64,000 nucleotides of DNA from a bacterium (GTDB lineage: Bacteria; Patescibacteriota; Patescibacteriia; UBA2196). The stretch spans positions 43,392-107,391 of the forward strand of contig DAOOOW010000001.1 in the NCBI GenBank assembly GCA_035387885.1. The letters run 5' to 3'. The stretch's first letter is position 1, and every line of letters starts with the position of its first letter. Under the pieces are notes generated by a model. It was given only the letters and a program-made list of their open reading frames with translations. It searched no databases and had not been told where the DNA came from. Made by a program: the position numbers and the translations under genes. Below, piece after piece: positions 28,450 to 39,531 of this stretch.

Positions 28450-31326
28450 ATGGCGCTAAAAAACAATAAAATTTCTCTTCTTAAAAATGATAAAATAATT
28501 TTAAAAGGTGTGCGCGTTAATAATTTAAAAAATATTAACGTGGAAATTCCTAAAAATAAATTTGTGGTTATCACTGGGCTGTCTGGATCTGGCAAGTCTT
28601 CTTTGGCTTTTGACACTATTTTTGCCGAGGGCCAAAGATTGTATTTAGAAAGTTTGTCGACTTATGCCAGACAGTTCGCCAACATTCAATCAAAGCCGGA
28701 TTTTGATTTTATTAGTGGTCTCTCGCCAGCTATTGCCATTGATCAAAAAAATATTGCCAACAATCCCCGTTCCACTGTGGCCACTATGACAGAAATTTAT
28801 GATCATTTGCGTTTACTCTATGCCCGAATCGGAAAAATTTATTGCCCTCACTGCGGCTCATTAATTCAAAAACAATCTGCAGAAAAAATTATTGAAAAAG
28901 TGGCTATGCTTTATGCTGATCAAGACATATATTTATTAGCTCCGGTCATTAAAAATAAAATTGGTCTTAACAAAAAAATTCTTAACGAAATTGCTACGGC
29001 CGGTTTTAAAAAAATACGTCTTAATAATGAATTTATTTTTTTAACAGGTAATGACGATCTGCGTTTTAATGAACAAGAAAAAAATACTCTAGAAATTCTA
29101 GTTAGTGAACTTAGAGCGCCAAAAAAAATTAATTTAATCAGACAAAATTTAGCTCCACAAAAAAATAATTGGCAAGACGATAGTCTTAATAGCAACTTTA
29201 TCAAAAATGTTAAATTAAGTTTGGATCTGGGCAATGGTTTTATCAATATCTACAATCCTAAAAATAAAAAAGAAAATTTATTTTCTGAATTTTTAGCTTG
29301 TCCTAAATGCGATTTTACTTTAAGTGAAATTGAACCGCGTCTTTTTTCTTTTAATTCTCCATATGGTGCTTGCGAAAATTGCGCTGGCCTCGGAGTTAAA
29401 GAAGAATTTGATCCAAATTTAATCATTCCTAACAAAAAATTAACCTTGCTTCAAGGCGCCATCAGACCATTCGTCAGATCCTTGGCCAAGAATCAAAATA
29501 AGTTTATTGAAGAATTAAAAAAGGTGGCTGAAAAAAATAATTTTAACCTCAACACTCCTTTAACAAATTTTACTAAAAAACAATTAGAAATTTTATTATA
29601 TGGCAAAGAAGATTTTGAAGGCGTTATAAAAAATCTGCACAAAAAATATTTGGAAAGTGATTCTGATTATCTTAAGAGTGAATTTACTAAATATATGCGT
29701 GTTTTTACTTGCCCAACTTGCGCTGGTAAAAGACTTAACAAAACCGCTTTGGCTGTTAAAGTAGCAGGAAAATCCATTGCCGAAATTACGGCCCAAAACA
29801 TTGCCAATTCTTTAGAATTTTTTCAAAAACTACCCAAACTTTTAAGTGCAGAAGAAAATGTTATTGCCGAGCAAATTGTTAAAGAAATTAACAAGCGTTT
29901 AGAATTTTTGCAAGAAGTTGGTTTGGAATACTTAACTTTAAACCGATCAGCTCAAACTCTTTCTGGAGGTGAAGCCCAAAGAATAAAATTAGCCACCCAA
30001 ACCAGCGCTGGCTTAACTGGTATTATTTATATTCTGGACGAACCTTCTATTGGTTTACATCCCAAAGATAATGCCAAACTTATTCAAACACTTAAAGCCA
30101 TGCGCGATCTTGGTAATTCTATTCTAGTGGTCGAACATGACAAAGAAACCATGCTACTGGCTGACTATATTTTAGACATTGGGCCAGGCGCTGGTAAATA
30201 TGGTGGTGAAGTGGTGGCCGTGGGCACACCTGAAGAAATCAAAAAAAATAAAAATTCTTTAACTGGTGCGTACTTGGCCAATAAAAATATTATCTCTTTT
30301 AAGACTAGACCAATCTTAAAAAATAAAAAAGAAAAAATTTTAATCATAAAAAAAGCAGCTGAATTTAATTTAAAAAATATTGATGTTAAAATACCTTTAG
30401 GCCAACTGGTTTGTTTAACCGGGGTATCTGGTTCTGGAAAATCAACTTTGGTGACCGAAATTTTAAGCAAAGCTCTGGCTCATCATTTTTATCAAAGTAA
30501 AGATTTACCCGGCAAACATGAAAAAATAATTGGCTTAGAATATCTTGATAAAATAATTGCTGTCGATCAAGACCCAATTGGACGCACGCCACGCTCCAAT
30601 CCGGCCACCTATACTGGAGTTTTTACAGCCATCAGAGAAATTTTTGCCACAACTAACGAAGCTAAAATTAAAAGATTTGATGTGGGTAGTTTTTCTTTTA
30701 ATGTGGTTGGTGGCCGTTGTGAAACTTGCGGTGGTGATGGTTATAAAAAAATAGAAATGAATTTTTTGCCAGATGTTTTTGTAAAATGTGAAGACTGCGC
30801 TGGTAAAAGATTTCGTCAGGAAATTTTAGCTATTCATTATAAAAATAAAAATATTGCCGATGTTTTAGCCATGACAGTTAGTGAAGCTATGGATTTTTTT
30901 GCCGAAACACCGACTATTTACCAAAAATTAAAAGTACTTTTTGAAGTTGGTTTAGAATATTTAACTTTAGGCCAACCGGCCAATACTCTTTCTGGAGGTG
31001 AAGCCCAAAGAATAAAATTAGCCACCGAATTAATGCGTCGTTCCACTGGCAAAACTCTTTATATTTTGGACGAACCGACCACTGGTTTACATTTTGAAGA
31101 TATTAAAAAATTATTACATGTTTTATATAAATTAGTAGCCACTGGCAATACGGTTTTAGTAGTGGAACACAATTTGGATGTTATAAAAAATGCCGACTGG
31201 GTGATTGATTTAGGACCAGAAGGTGGTGACAAAGGTGGTTATATTGTGGCCGAAGGCACGCCTGAAGAAATTGCTAACAATAAAAAAAGTTGGACTGGAA
31301 AATATTTAAAAAAAGTATTGAAATAA
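28450..31326 (+). CDS. uvrA: Excinuclease ABC subunit A
   Basis: Two ABC ATPase modules ([20 protein letters not shown]; two LSGGE signatures) and zinc-finger Cys clusters. Confidence 0.95.
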   Translation: MALKNNKISLLKNDKIILKGVRVNNLKNINVEIPKNKFVVITGLSGSGKSSLAFDTIFAEGQRLYLESLSTYARQFANIQSKPDFDFISGLSPAIAIDQKNIANNPRSTVATMTEIYDHLRLLYARIGKIYCPHCGSLIQKQSAEKIIEKVAMLYADQDIYLLAPVIKNKIGLNKKILNEIATAGFKKIRLNNEFIFLTGNDDLRFNEQEKNTLEILVSELRAPKKINLIRQNLAPQKNNWQDDSLNSNFIKNVKLSLDLGNGFINIYNPKNKKENLFSEFLACPKCDFTLSEIEPRLFSFNSPYGACENCAGLGVKEEFDPNLIIPNKKLTLLQGAIRPFVRSLAKNQNKFIEELKKVAEKNNFNLNTPLTNFTKKQLEILLYGKEDFEGVIKNLHKKYLESDSDYLKSEFTKYMRVFTCPTCAGKRLNKTALAVKVAGKSIAEITAQNIANSLEFFQKLPKLLSAEENVIAEQIVKEINKRLEFLQEVGLEYLTLNRSAQTLSGGEAQRIKLATQTSAGLTGIIYILDEPSIGLHPKDNAKLIQTLKAMRDLGNSILVVEHDKETMLLADYILDIGPGAGKYGGEVVAVGTPEEIKKNKNSLTGAYLANKNIISFKTRPILKNKKEKILIIKKAAEFNLKNIDVKIPLGQLVCLTGVSGSGKSTLVTEILSKALAHHFYQSKDLPGKHEKIIGLEYLDKIIAVDQDPIGRTPRSNPATYTGVFTAIREIFATTNEAKIKRFDVGSFSFNVVGGRCETCGGDGYKKIEMNFLPDVFVKCEDCAGKRFRQEILAIHYKNKNIADVLAMTVSEAMDFFAETPTIYQKLKVLFEVGLEYLTLGQPANTLSGGEAQRIKLATELMRRSTGKTLYILDEPTTGLHFEDIKKLLHVLYKLVATGNTVLVVEHNLDVIKNADWVIDLGPEGGDKGGYIVAEGTPEEIANNKKSWTGKYLKKVLK

Positions 31327-31385
31327 AAAAAATAAAATAAATTTTAATTTGATTATTTTAAATTTTATGTTAAAATTTTATTAAT

Positions 31386-31459
31386 GCGCCCGTAGCTCAA
31401 CTGGATAGAGCGCTTGGCTTCGGACCAAGAGGTTGAGGGTTCGAATCCTTCCGAGCGCA
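31386..31459 (+). tRNA. tRNA-Arg (anticodon TCG)
   Basis: Anticodon arm CTTGG-CTTCGGA-CCAAG, T-loop TTCGAAT. One C-A mismatch in the acceptor stem. Confidence 0.7.
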
Positions 31460-31474
31460 TTTTAAAAAAATAAC

Positions 31475-31547
31475 GCCTCGTTAGCTCAGTTGGTAGAGCA
31501 AGTGCCTCTTAAGCACGTGGTCGTAGGTTCGAATCCTACACGGGGCA
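31475..31547 (+). tRNA. tRNA-Lys (anticodon CTT)
   Basis: Acceptor GCCTCGT/ACGGGGC, anticodon loop CTCTTAA, T-loop TTCGAAT. Confidence 0.75.
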
Positions 31548-31550
31548 ATT

Positions 31551-31585
31551 AAAAAATCCTATTTCTTTAATAGGATTTTTTATTT
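31551..31585. terminator. Bidirectional rho-independent terminator (tRNA operon / pilT)
   Basis: AAAAAATCCTATTTCTTTAATAGGATTTTTTATTTT. Confidence 0.6.
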
Positions 31586-31592
31586 TATTCTA

Positions 31593-32627
31593 TTATATTT
31601 TACCATCGGCCATATATAAATTAGCAACCTCTTTAGTAATTAAGCCTTCTTCCACTTTCTTTTCCAAATCTTGATCTAAAGACATCATTCCAACATCAGC
31701 CGAAGTTTGCATAACGGTTCTTAATTGATTAGTTTTACCTTCTCTGATTAAATTGGCAACAGCTGAATCATTAATTAAAATTTCTCTCACCGCTAAACGA
31801 TTGCCGCTTTTACCAATTATTAATTGTTGTGAAATAACCCCATTTAAAACCATAGCCAATTGGACTTTAATTTGATCTTGTTGATGTGGCGGGAAGACAT
31901 CAATAATACGATCTATGGATTGGGCCGCACTATTAGTGTGCAAAGTAGATAAAACTAAATGTCCTGTTTCAGCTAAAGTCAAAGTAGCCGCAATGCTTTC
32001 CAAATCGCGCATTTCCCCAACCATAATTACATTAGGGTCTTGGCGAACAACATGTTTTAAGCCTTCAGCAAAAGAAACAGTGTCTATTTCAACCTGACGT
32101 TGTTTAATAATGGATTTAATAGGTGTAAAAACAAATTCAATTGGATCTTCCAAAGTTACAATATGCGCTGATCTTTCTTTATTAATTAAATCAATCATAG
32201 CCGCTAAACTAGTTGATTTACCGCAACCAGTTGGACCAGTTAATAAAATTAAACCCTGTTTCCTGCGAGTTAATTCAAAAACAACTTCTGGTAAACCCAA
32301 CTCTTCCATAGAAGGAATTTGAGAAGGTATGATACGGGCTACTAATCCTAAATAGCCTTTTTCAAAATGACAATTAACCCTGAAACGGGTTTTATCCACT
32401 GTCTCTTCAGAAAAATCTAATTCTCTAATATTAATTAATCTTTCCTTTTGTACGGGCGTTAAAATTTCATAAATTAAATTTTCCACTGCTTTAGCATTTA
32501 ATTCTGGCACGCCTTTAACTGCTTTTAATTCACCATTAACACGAAAAATTGGCGGCTTGCCAACAATAATATGCACATCAGAGGCTCCTTTATTAGCTGC
32601 TTCTTGAAAAATTTCTTTAAGATTCAT
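31593..32627 (-). CDS. pilT: Type IV pilus retraction ATPase PilT (twitching motility)
   Basis: Walker A LLTGPTGCGKST. PilT-type motifs (VGEMRD, SIDRIIDVF). Length 344 aa. Confidence 0.85.
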   Translation of the reverse strand: MNLKEIFQEAANKGASDVHIIVGKPPIFRVNGELKAVKGVPELNAKAVENLIYEILTPVQKERLINIRELDFSEETVDKTRFRVNCHFEKGYLGLVARIIPSQIPSMEELGLPEVVFELTRRKQGLILLTGPTGCGKSTSLAAMIDLINKERSAHIVTLEDPIEFVFTPIKSIIKQRQVEIDTVSFAEGLKHVVRQDPNVIMVGEMRDLESIAATLTLAETGHLVLSTLHTNSAAQSIDRIIDVFPPHQQDQIKVQLAMVLNGVISQQLIIGKSGNRLAVREILINDSAVANLIREGKTNQLRTVMQTSADVGMMSLDQDLEKKVEEGLITKEVANLYMADGKI

Positions 32628-32680
32628 AATTTATTTTTTATTTTAATTTAAAATTTTTATTTTTATTATGGTAATTTCAC

Positions 32681-33670
32681 CTATTGCCCACCGCAATAGT
32701 CCGACACACTTGCATGATAATGTGGATTAACGTCTTTTCTGTTGGTTTCATCTCTAAAGGTACATCCTGCTTTTTCTACCAACTGTTTCAAAAGAGCGGC
32801 TTGATCTGCAGATTGAAAATATTGGCTCCTAATATCTACCGCATATGACTGTGGTGGTGTAGTTGGCGTAGAGCCACCATAGTGACATGAATTTTTAGCA
32901 TGTGCACATTTTGGATCAGTCCAAGCTGCACCACTACAATTTTCTATCCCAGCAGAATCACTAATAGAAGTGATATAAATATCTGAGGATTTTAAAACCA
33001 TACCACCGGCGCCAGCATCTAGAGTATCTTTCATACAGGTAAGCGCCCTTTGGAGTGCGGGAGAAACATCCTTTGCCTGATCATGCCTTCCGTTAGGAAA
33101 TGGATTAACACCTCCTGAATAATCTGTAACTGCTCTTGTGCACGAAGCTATGGCAGAAACAGGTAACAAAACTGCAGTACTCGTTTCCCACCCCCCGCCA
33201 TTACCAGAATTGGTAACTTCTACATCTCTCCAAATAATATCGCCTGCGGTTGGTTTTTTCTCACAAGTAAATGTTTGCCATGATTGTTTAAAAACGGTCG
33301 ACACACCTTTACCAGTTTGTTTGCCGTCTGTCAAAGTATAGATTAAATAATTCACTCCAGCCCAAGCAATATAGATAACAAACATGCCAATTACTGCATT
33401 AATCATAATTTTGGTGGCACTAGATATTTTAGCAGAATTACCTTTACTAGTAATTAAAGTCAAGCCAGCATATAAGAACATAAGCAAGGCGGCCACTCCA
33501 GAAAGACCAATAATATAATTGGCAATTTTGGTAACCAAATTTAAGGCATCACAAAAACCGCAATTACCTGTGGCATAACAGTCCATTACCAAACTGGCCC
33601 CTTGAGCTATAAAGGGAATTAACAAAATGCTTAAAGAAAAAATTAAAATTTTAGATTTATTTTTCAACAT
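32681..33670 (-). CDS. Large pilin-like protein: signal peptide, VirB2/TrbC-like two-TM core, and a Cys-containing C-terminal domain of about 200 aa
   Basis: Core LMFLYAGLTLITSKGNSAKISSATKIMINAVIGMFVIYIAWAG is paralogous to the 11.9-14.2 kb cluster. Adjacent to pilT. Confidence 0.55.
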   Translation of the reverse strand: MLKNKSKILIFSLSILLIPFIAQGASLVMDCYATGNCGFCDALNLVTKIANYIIGLSGVAALLMFLYAGLTLITSKGNSAKISSATKIMINAVIGMFVIYIAWAGVNYLIYTLTDGKQTGKGVSTVFKQSWQTFTCEKKPTAGDIIWRDVEVTNSGNGGGWETSTAVLLPVSAIASCTRAVTDYSGGVNPFPNGRHDQAKDVSPALQRALTCMKDTLDAGAGGMVLKSSDIYITSISDSAGIENCSGAAWTDPKCAHAKNSCHYGGSTPTTPPQSYAVDIRSQYFQSADQAALLKQLVEKAGCTFRDETNRKDVNPHYHASVSDYCGGQ

Positions 33671-33822
33671 AGATTAATTATAACAAAAAATAAAAATAAA
33701 AACAAAATTATTAACTAATTTAAAAAACCGCTTTGCAGCAAAACGGTCTTTGGTGTAGCAAAATTAAGAAAAATGTTCACGTTCTTAACATACCTAAAAA
33801 CTTTTTAAAAATAAAAAGAACC

Positions 33823-34581
33823 TTATTTAGTCCCCAAAACAGTTGCTTTGCAACGATTAATTATATAATCATCTTCTGGATAAGGCAAAGAGCAAATACT
33901 GACATCTTTTTTTACGAGCGCAAAAGCTGTATAACAATCAGACTTGTTATACATGCTATCAGTACTAACACTATCACAGATTTTTAAATCATTGTTTATA
34001 ATGGCTAATTTTGTGTAACAAGTTGTTTGATAATAGTAATTACCAGGGTAGATAAGCATATCACAGATGCTTAAGGAATTGTTTTTAATTGCCAGTTGTA
34101 GATAACAATCTGTATCACTTAAGCCAGCTTTGCTACAAAGTTTTGCATCATTATTTTTAATTGCCAACTTAAAATAACAATCATCTCTGTCGCCATTATT
34201 ATCAGTGGCCACCTGACAGACAGAACTACTCGGAAATATTTTAAAAACCATTAATGAATGTCTTAGAGTAAAAGGATAAATTAAAATTAATAATAATATA
34301 ATAACAATAAAACTAATAAATACTTTTTTGTTATTAGACAATATTTTTCTTTGCACTCTTGCTAATATTGAACCTATAAACCAATTTAATATAATTGTAA
34401 TTGGCCAAGCAAAGATTGCCGCAATTGGGGCCGTATAAAAAATAATAAAAGGAAAACTTATAAATCCGCCAGTATAGACAAGTGAAGATAAATAAACAAA
34501 AAACAAAGTTAAAATTATAATATAAATAAGCACTTCTTTAAAGGGCAGAAATAATTTTTTTAAGAAAATTTTAGAATTCAT
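33823..34581 (-). CDS. Membrane protein with four tandem Cys-containing repeats of about 28 aa (C[YF]xxLAIxNNDxx[LI]C)
   Basis: Four N-terminal TM helices. The C-terminal repeats were read from the translation. Confidence 0.5.
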   Translation of the reverse strand: MNSKIFLKKLFLPFKEVLIYIIILTLFFVYLSSLVYTGGFISFPFIIFYTAPIAAIFAWPITIILNWFIGSILARVQRKILSNNKKVFISFIVIILLLILIYPFTLRHSLMVFKIFPSSSVCQVATDNNGDRDDCYFKLAIKNNDAKLCSKAGLSDTDCYLQLAIKNNSLSICDMLIYPGNYYYQTTCYTKLAIINNDLKICDSVSTDSMYNKSDCYTAFALVKKDVSICSLPYPEDDYIINRCKATVLGTK

Positions 34582-34713
34582 ATACCAATATTATAACAAT
34601 TAGAAAAAGACTTGTCTAAAAAATAAAAATGTCTTTTAATAAAAAGCACCTCTCGTTTCTGAGAGATGTTTTTCCCTTTAGCCTCGAACTAAAAAGTTCA
34701 GCACTAAAGACTG

Positions 34714-34788
34714 GGTGAGTGATGGGACTTGAACCCACAACCGCTAGATCCACAATCTAGTGCTCTAACCAATTGAGCTACACTCACC
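34714..34788 (-). tRNA. tRNA-His (anticodon GTG) with encoded G-1
   Basis: G-1 plus acceptor GTGAGTG/CACTCAC, discriminator C, anticodon loop TTGTGGA, T-loop TTCAAGT. Confidence 0.85.
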
Positions 34789-34800
34789 ATAATAAATTAT

Positions 34801-35243
34801 TTAAATTATAATTCTCCTAGCATAACCAAAATCAATGCCTAACTTTTTGCCAATTTGTCTATAAGTTTTGCCTTTGTCTCTTAATTGTTTTGTTTTTTTG
34901 ATATTATTTTTTTTTCGCAATCTTTTTTCTTTTTGTTTCTTCACTAGTTCATATAACTCTGGCATTATCTTAATAGCTAAACTTTTTTTGACTATTAAAT
35001 AAGGTAAAACTTTTATTAAAAAAAATATGAACATCTTTTGGGCTGGCTATATAATAAACCCAACAATCTTTCCAGTGTGGTTTTCTTTTTGTAATTTCCA
35101 TAACACCCCCCCAATTGAATAAATTTTTTGATCTCTTCCAGCACTTCCTTGTTTGTTTGAACAATAGTAATTCTAAAACCACTACCATTTTTAGTGATGG
35201 AACCTTCACCGTCAAAAAATCCGGCTACATAATTCCATGTCAT
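34801..35243 (-). pseudogene. Degenerate LAGLIDADG homing endonuclease gene (at least two frameshifts) immediately upstream of tRNA-His
   Basis: The N-terminal fragment has VAGFFDGEGSI. The C-terminal fragment has an HTH-like TYRQIGKKLGIDFGYARRI. Three overlapping frames. C7 homopolymer at 35106-35112. Confidence 0.6.
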
Positions 35244-35258
35244 AAAGGGTATTTTTTA

Positions 35259-35495
35259 TTATTTTTTATCCCCACAACAACACTTTTCATCAGCGCAACA
35301 CTTACCATTGGTTACTAGCAAATAAATAATTTCTGGTAGGCCAAGCAAATTAACAATTAAAAAAATCACAAACCAACTTTTTTCACCTCTTTGAGAAGCT
35401 CGCCACAAAGCCAAACCTTTCCAAACTAAACTCCAAGCTAAAATTAATAATAAAAGTGGTTGATTGTTTAATAATTGAGTCATTGTTTGTTCCAT
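35259..35495 (-). CDS. Small two-TM membrane protein with a Cys-rich C-terminus (CCADEKCCCGDKK)
   Basis: ORF with hydrophobic helices. No family assigned. Confidence 0.45.
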   Translation of the reverse strand: MEQTMTQLLNNQPLLLLILAWSLVWKGLALWRASQRGEKSWFVIFLIVNLLGLPEIIYLLVTNGKCCADEKCCCGDKK

Positions 35496-35602
35496 AAAAT
35501 TTAAGATTAATATTTTTAAACTAAACTTATTCTATCATAACTATAAAATATTTCAAGTAAAAAGCCCCGCTAATTGCGAGGCTTAAATTTTGCCTTAAAT
35601 TG

Positions 35603-36091
35603 TTATTTTAAATACATTTCTTTGCATTTTTTAATAATCGGTGCCACATTGGGCGCGCAATCTTTTGGCAAATTATCAATATCAAACCAAGCCATGGCTT
35701 TAATTTCTTCTCCTTGAACTGGCTCTTGATCTATTTCAACATAATAGTGAATTAATAAAATTACCTGCGGTTTTTCTGCGCCAGACTCTGGAATTTCTTG
35801 CCATAAAACCACATCACCCAAAGGCCCAATAATTTTTACTTCCACACCAATTTCTTCTTTGGCTTCTCGCACAGCATTTTCTTCTAAACCAGAATTCTTA
35901 ATTAACTTTCCACCACAAAATTTCCATTTTAATTCGGCAACTGGTTTATCGCCATGTTTAACTAAAAGAGTTTTTAAAACTCCATCACGTTTTTGTACGA
36001 TCACTGGGCCAGAGGCAATCATGGTTTGGAAAACACCAATTTCACCAGCTTTAACTTCATTAATTGAATTTGTCTGTTTTTGGTCTGACAT
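35603..36091 (-). CDS. NUDIX hydrolase
   Basis: Nudix box GGKL..GE...AV.REAKEEIGVEV. Confidence 0.75.
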   Translation of the reverse strand: MSDQKQTNSINEVKAGEIGVFQTMIASGPVIVQKRDGVLKTLLVKHGDKPVAELKWKFCGGKLIKNSGLEENAVREAKEEIGVEVKIIGPLGDVVLWQEIPESGAEKPQVILLIHYYVEIDQEPVQGEEIKAMAWFDIDNLPKDCAPNVAPIIKKCKEMYLK

Positions 36092-36116
36092 AAATTTATT
36101 TCTCCTTTTTTAAATT

Positions 36117-37751
36117 TTATTTTAATTTTTTAATTAGATATGTTTGTCTTAATTCTGTGTAGCCAAGTTTTTTATAATATTCTCTGACACCAATGCCAGC
36201 AATGACAGCTATTTCTTGAAAACCATTTTTCTGGGCAATTTTTTCTGCCTCAATTAAAAGCTTTTTGCCCAAACCTTTGTGCTGACTTGATAATTTTATT
36301 TTACTACCAATGGGGGTCAGTTGTCCATAGGAATGCAGTTCACGAATAATAGCGATTTTATCCGCCTGCACTCCTAATGATCCATTTTTTGCTCCGGCGG
36401 ATAAATTTATACTTTTAGGCAAGCGTAATCTACAGAAGGCGTACAAAATTTTTCTATCTTCTGATTCCATACTCAAAAAATATTCTGTACCACCATTAGC
36501 GTTATATTTTTCTATAAACATTTTGGTTCCCATTTTTTGCCTTTTACCTTTTGCCTTTTGCCTTTCTATTTGGTGTCCTACCTCCCTACATCTTATACAT
36601 TTACATTCTACTTTCAATAAATGTCTGAGGTTAGTAATTTTGTTACCGGCCGCGATAGATTCTTCAGGAATATCGCGAATAACTCGAATAATGCGCACAT
36701 AATAAGGAATTATTTTTTTAATTTTTATCAAAAGCATGGTTAATTTCTTAGTAGTATAGGGTTTATATTGGCCTTTTTTCCACCAATTATATAATTCAGC
36801 ATATTCATTAACCACACAAGGATAAATTTTAATTTGATCTGGTTGAAAATTATAATCTGAAAAAAGTTTTTTAAACATTAAAAAATCTTTATCCGGATTA
36901 GAACCCGGCAAATTAAGCATTAAATGATAAGTAATTTTAAAACCTAAATCGCGTAGGATTTTAGTAGCTTTAATAGTTTCTTTCACACCATGCCCACGTT
37001 TATTTAATTTTAAAATCTGGTCATCAATATGTTGCACACCTAATTCCACCCGCGTGCAACCAAGTTCGCGCATGGCCCAAGCAGATTTTTCTGTAATATA
37101 ATCTGGCCGAGTTTCCAAAGTTAAACCCACAATTCGATGTTTAGCTGTTTCGTTTTTCTTTTGTTCTGTATATAAATCGTCCCAAGTTATTTTATTAACA
37201 AGTTTTGATATTTTATTTTTTTTATAATTATTAGCAGCCAAAAAACAATTATAAACAAAACATAAGCGATATTTTTCTGGCAAATAGTCCCAAGTACCGC
37301 CCATAATAATTAATTCTATTTTATCAGTCTCGTGGCCGTTATTTTCCAAAGCTCTAATTCTTAAGGCCACTTGTTTAAAAGGATCAAATTGACACAAAAC
37401 CGCGCGCATGACGGCTGGTTCATTGGAAAGATAACTTTTGGGCATGTTCTTTTCGGTTGGACAATACACACAATTGCCTGGACATTTATATGGTTTGATT
37501 AAAACTGCCACCGGCGCCACACCAGAAAGTGTGCGAATGTGACGTTTTTTAAAAAGTTCTTCCAAATTTTTATCTGATTTTATTTTTTTACTTTTTACTA
37601 ATCCACGATATGCTTTTAACAGTTCTGCATTGGTTAATAAATTGGTTTTATTTTGCTTGGCAAATTTTCTTTTGAGCACAGCTAATTCGGCCTCATTTTT
37701 CGGAAGTTTAGTAAATATTTTTTTGATATTTTTGTTATACTCTTGAAACAT
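36117..37751 (-). CDS. Elp3-like radical SAM / GNAT acetyltransferase (bacterial Elp3 homolog, probable tRNA wobble-uridine modification)
   Basis: Radical-SAM Cys cluster CPGNCVYCP. C-terminal GNAT acetyl-CoA motif (Q.KGLGKKLL.EAEKIA). Length 544 aa. Confidence 0.75.
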   Translation of the reverse strand: MFQEYNKNIKKIFTKLPKNEAELAVLKRKFAKQNKTNLLTNAELLKAYRGLVKSKKIKSDKNLEELFKKRHIRTLSGVAPVAVLIKPYKCPGNCVYCPTEKNMPKSYLSNEPAVMRAVLCQFDPFKQVALRIRALENNGHETDKIELIIMGGTWDYLPEKYRLCFVYNCFLAANNYKKNKISKLVNKITWDDLYTEQKKNETAKHRIVGLTLETRPDYITEKSAWAMRELGCTRVELGVQHIDDQILKLNKRGHGVKETIKATKILRDLGFKITYHLMLNLPGSNPDKDFLMFKKLFSDYNFQPDQIKIYPCVVNEYAELYNWWKKGQYKPYTTKKLTMLLIKIKKIIPYYVRIIRVIRDIPEESIAAGNKITNLRHLLKVECKCIRCREVGHQIERQKAKGKRQKMGTKMFIEKYNANGGTEYFLSMESEDRKILYAFCRLRLPKSINLSAGAKNGSLGVQADKIAIIRELHSYGQLTPIGSKIKLSSQHKGLGKKLLIEAEKIAQKNGFQEIAVIAGIGVREYYKKLGYTELRQTYLIKKLK

Positions 37752-38008
37752 AACCCATGTTTGTCATCCCGACCGCAGTCCCGAGGATACGGGACGTAGT
37801 GGAGGGATCTATATTTTTATTAATTTTAGATTCCCTGCCTACCGGACAGGCAGGCTCCATTCCTAACGACTAAAAAAGCCAGTCGGAATGACAAAAAAAT
37901 ATTTTTTAAAAAAACAGAGCGGAAATTTGTCTCCGCTCCAATATATTTCTCTATCACTTGAACCATATTTCTATTCCAATAAGGCCTAACAAAAATCTTT
38001 CTGATTTT

Positions 38009-38209
38009 TTATTTAAACGGAGGGCTTTGACGTATAGCTTCATCTACACCAATTTCAATTTTATGTTTTTGAGCCACGGCCTCATAAATACTTCTACACC
38101 GGCTACAATATTCTAAATGTTGTCTTAACTCTTTAAATTTAGAAGAAAATTTATTTCTAGATAAAACAAAAGACTCTATAAACCTTTTTGAATAGACCTC
38201 CCATTTCAT
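38009..38209 (-). CDS. Small hypothetical protein (CxxC...)
   Basis: AGGAGG-like RBS. Terminator hairpin GAGCGGAGACAAATTTCCGCTC downstream. Confidence 0.4.
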   Translation of the reverse strand: MKWEVYSKRFIESFVLSRNKFSSKFKELRQHLEYCSRCRSIYEAVAQKHKIEIGVDEAIRQSPPFK

Positions 38210-38316
38210 CAGGGCCTCCTATATCTAAAGTAAATTTTGTTTACTCTAAAAATATCATGAAATTGTTTTTTTATCAAGTCCTTTATATTTTCTAGCAAGT
38301 GTGTTAAATTTGTTTT

Positions 38317-39141
38317 ATGAACCAAACTACTGCAGAAAATTTAATGAAAATTACCCAAGAATCCTATCAAAAAATTGCGTCTAGTTTTTCTGAAACCAGA
38401 AATTTTTCTTGGGTAGAAATTGATTTAGCCATTGAAAAATATTTGAAAAATAATTGCAAAATTTTAGATTTAGGTTGCGGTAATGGACGTCTGTTATTAT
38501 CTCTAAAAAAATATTTAGAAAATTTTGATTATACTGGTGTGGATAGTTGCCTAGAGTTAATTAAAAAAGCACAATTATCTTTTGCTTCATCGCAATTATC
38601 ACCTTTGTCATTCCCGCGAAAGCGGGAATCCAGAAACATTGCTTTTGAGCGTGGTGATATTTTAAACTTAACTAACTTTGCAGATAATTCCTTTGATTGT
38701 GTCTTTATGATCGCTAGTTTTAACCATGTTGCCAGTGTTGAACTACGCGAAAAATTATTATTAGATGTTAAAAGAGTCTTAAAACCAAATGGATTTTTAA
38801 TTATGACCAACTGGAATTTGTGGAATGTGTATAACAAAAAATCAGTCTGGTCTTATATACTGTCATCCCGAGTGGAGTTCCAACGAAGTCTGGGCGGAAC
38901 CGAGGGATCTCATATTTTTTCTGGATTCCCGATTAGATCGGGAATGACAATAAAAGATGTTCTCACTTTCTGGCAAAATCAATCCCCTATTTATTATCAC
39001 GCCTTCACCTTACGAGAATTAAAAAAACTTTTGCCAAAAACAAATTTTAAAATTTTAGCCAATTATTATGTTAAGGACGGTCAAAAATCTTTTTGGTTTA
39101 ATGGTAAAAATATTTTAACTATTGGCCAAAAAATAATATAA
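38317..39141 (+). CDS. Class I SAM-dependent methyltransferase carrying two in-frame palindromic repeat insertions
   Basis: Motif I ILDLGCGNGRLL. Inserted segments at about 38601-38640 (GTCATTCCCGCGAAAGCGGGAATCC) and about 38864-38960 (GTCATCCCGAG...GGATTCCCGATTAGATCGGGAATGAC) are translated in-frame. Confidence 0.8.
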   Translation: MNQTTAENLMKITQESYQKIASSFSETRNFSWVEIDLAIEKYLKNNCKILDLGCGNGRLLLSLKKYLENFDYTGVDSCLELIKKAQLSFASSQLSPLSFPRKRESRNIAFERGDILNLTNFADNSFDCVFMIASFNHVASVELREKLLLDVKRVLKPNGFLIMTNWNLWNVYNKKSVWSYILSSRVEFQRSLGGTEGSHIFSGFPIRSGMTIKDVLTFWQNQSPIYYHAFTLRELKKLLPKTNFKILANYYVKDGQKSFWFNGKNILTIGQKII

Positions 39142-39204
39142 ACTAATTGATTTATTTTACTATAAATAAAAAACCCGCGGCGTAGTTCAACCGCGGGAAT
39201 TTTT

Positions 39205-39531
39205 CTACCAAAGACACTTCTCAGTGTCTTTGGAAGGAGGAACTGCTTCGAGAGGTATGACTACCTCTCGAATCTCTCTGGGGCCTTCAACCCCAGAGGA
39301 GAGTATGTGCAACGCAAGCGAAACGGTTGCGTTGCACATACTTAGTGGTTTAATTACCAAAACTTTTTTTTCTCCGTCACAACTGACGGAGAAAAAATTT
39401 TTTGTCTCCTCCTCTTCTGTCGCGAGGAGGAATATTACAACCTGGGCCACCCACTTGAGGCCCTCAGAGTAAGGGGGCTTGCCGCCCTCCTCTCTGAATC
39501 GAGCAACCATTTCGCGTGCTGCCTGAATCAT
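39205..39531 (-). ncRNA. GC-rich array of eight consecutive, unrelated perfect hairpins (stems 5-13 bp) ending in a terminator. Candidate structured RNA. The nominal 109-aa ORF is probably not a real protein
   Basis: About 52% GC against about 30% background. The hairpins are listed in findings. Preceded by the shared leader element and an RBS-ATG. Confidence 0.35.
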
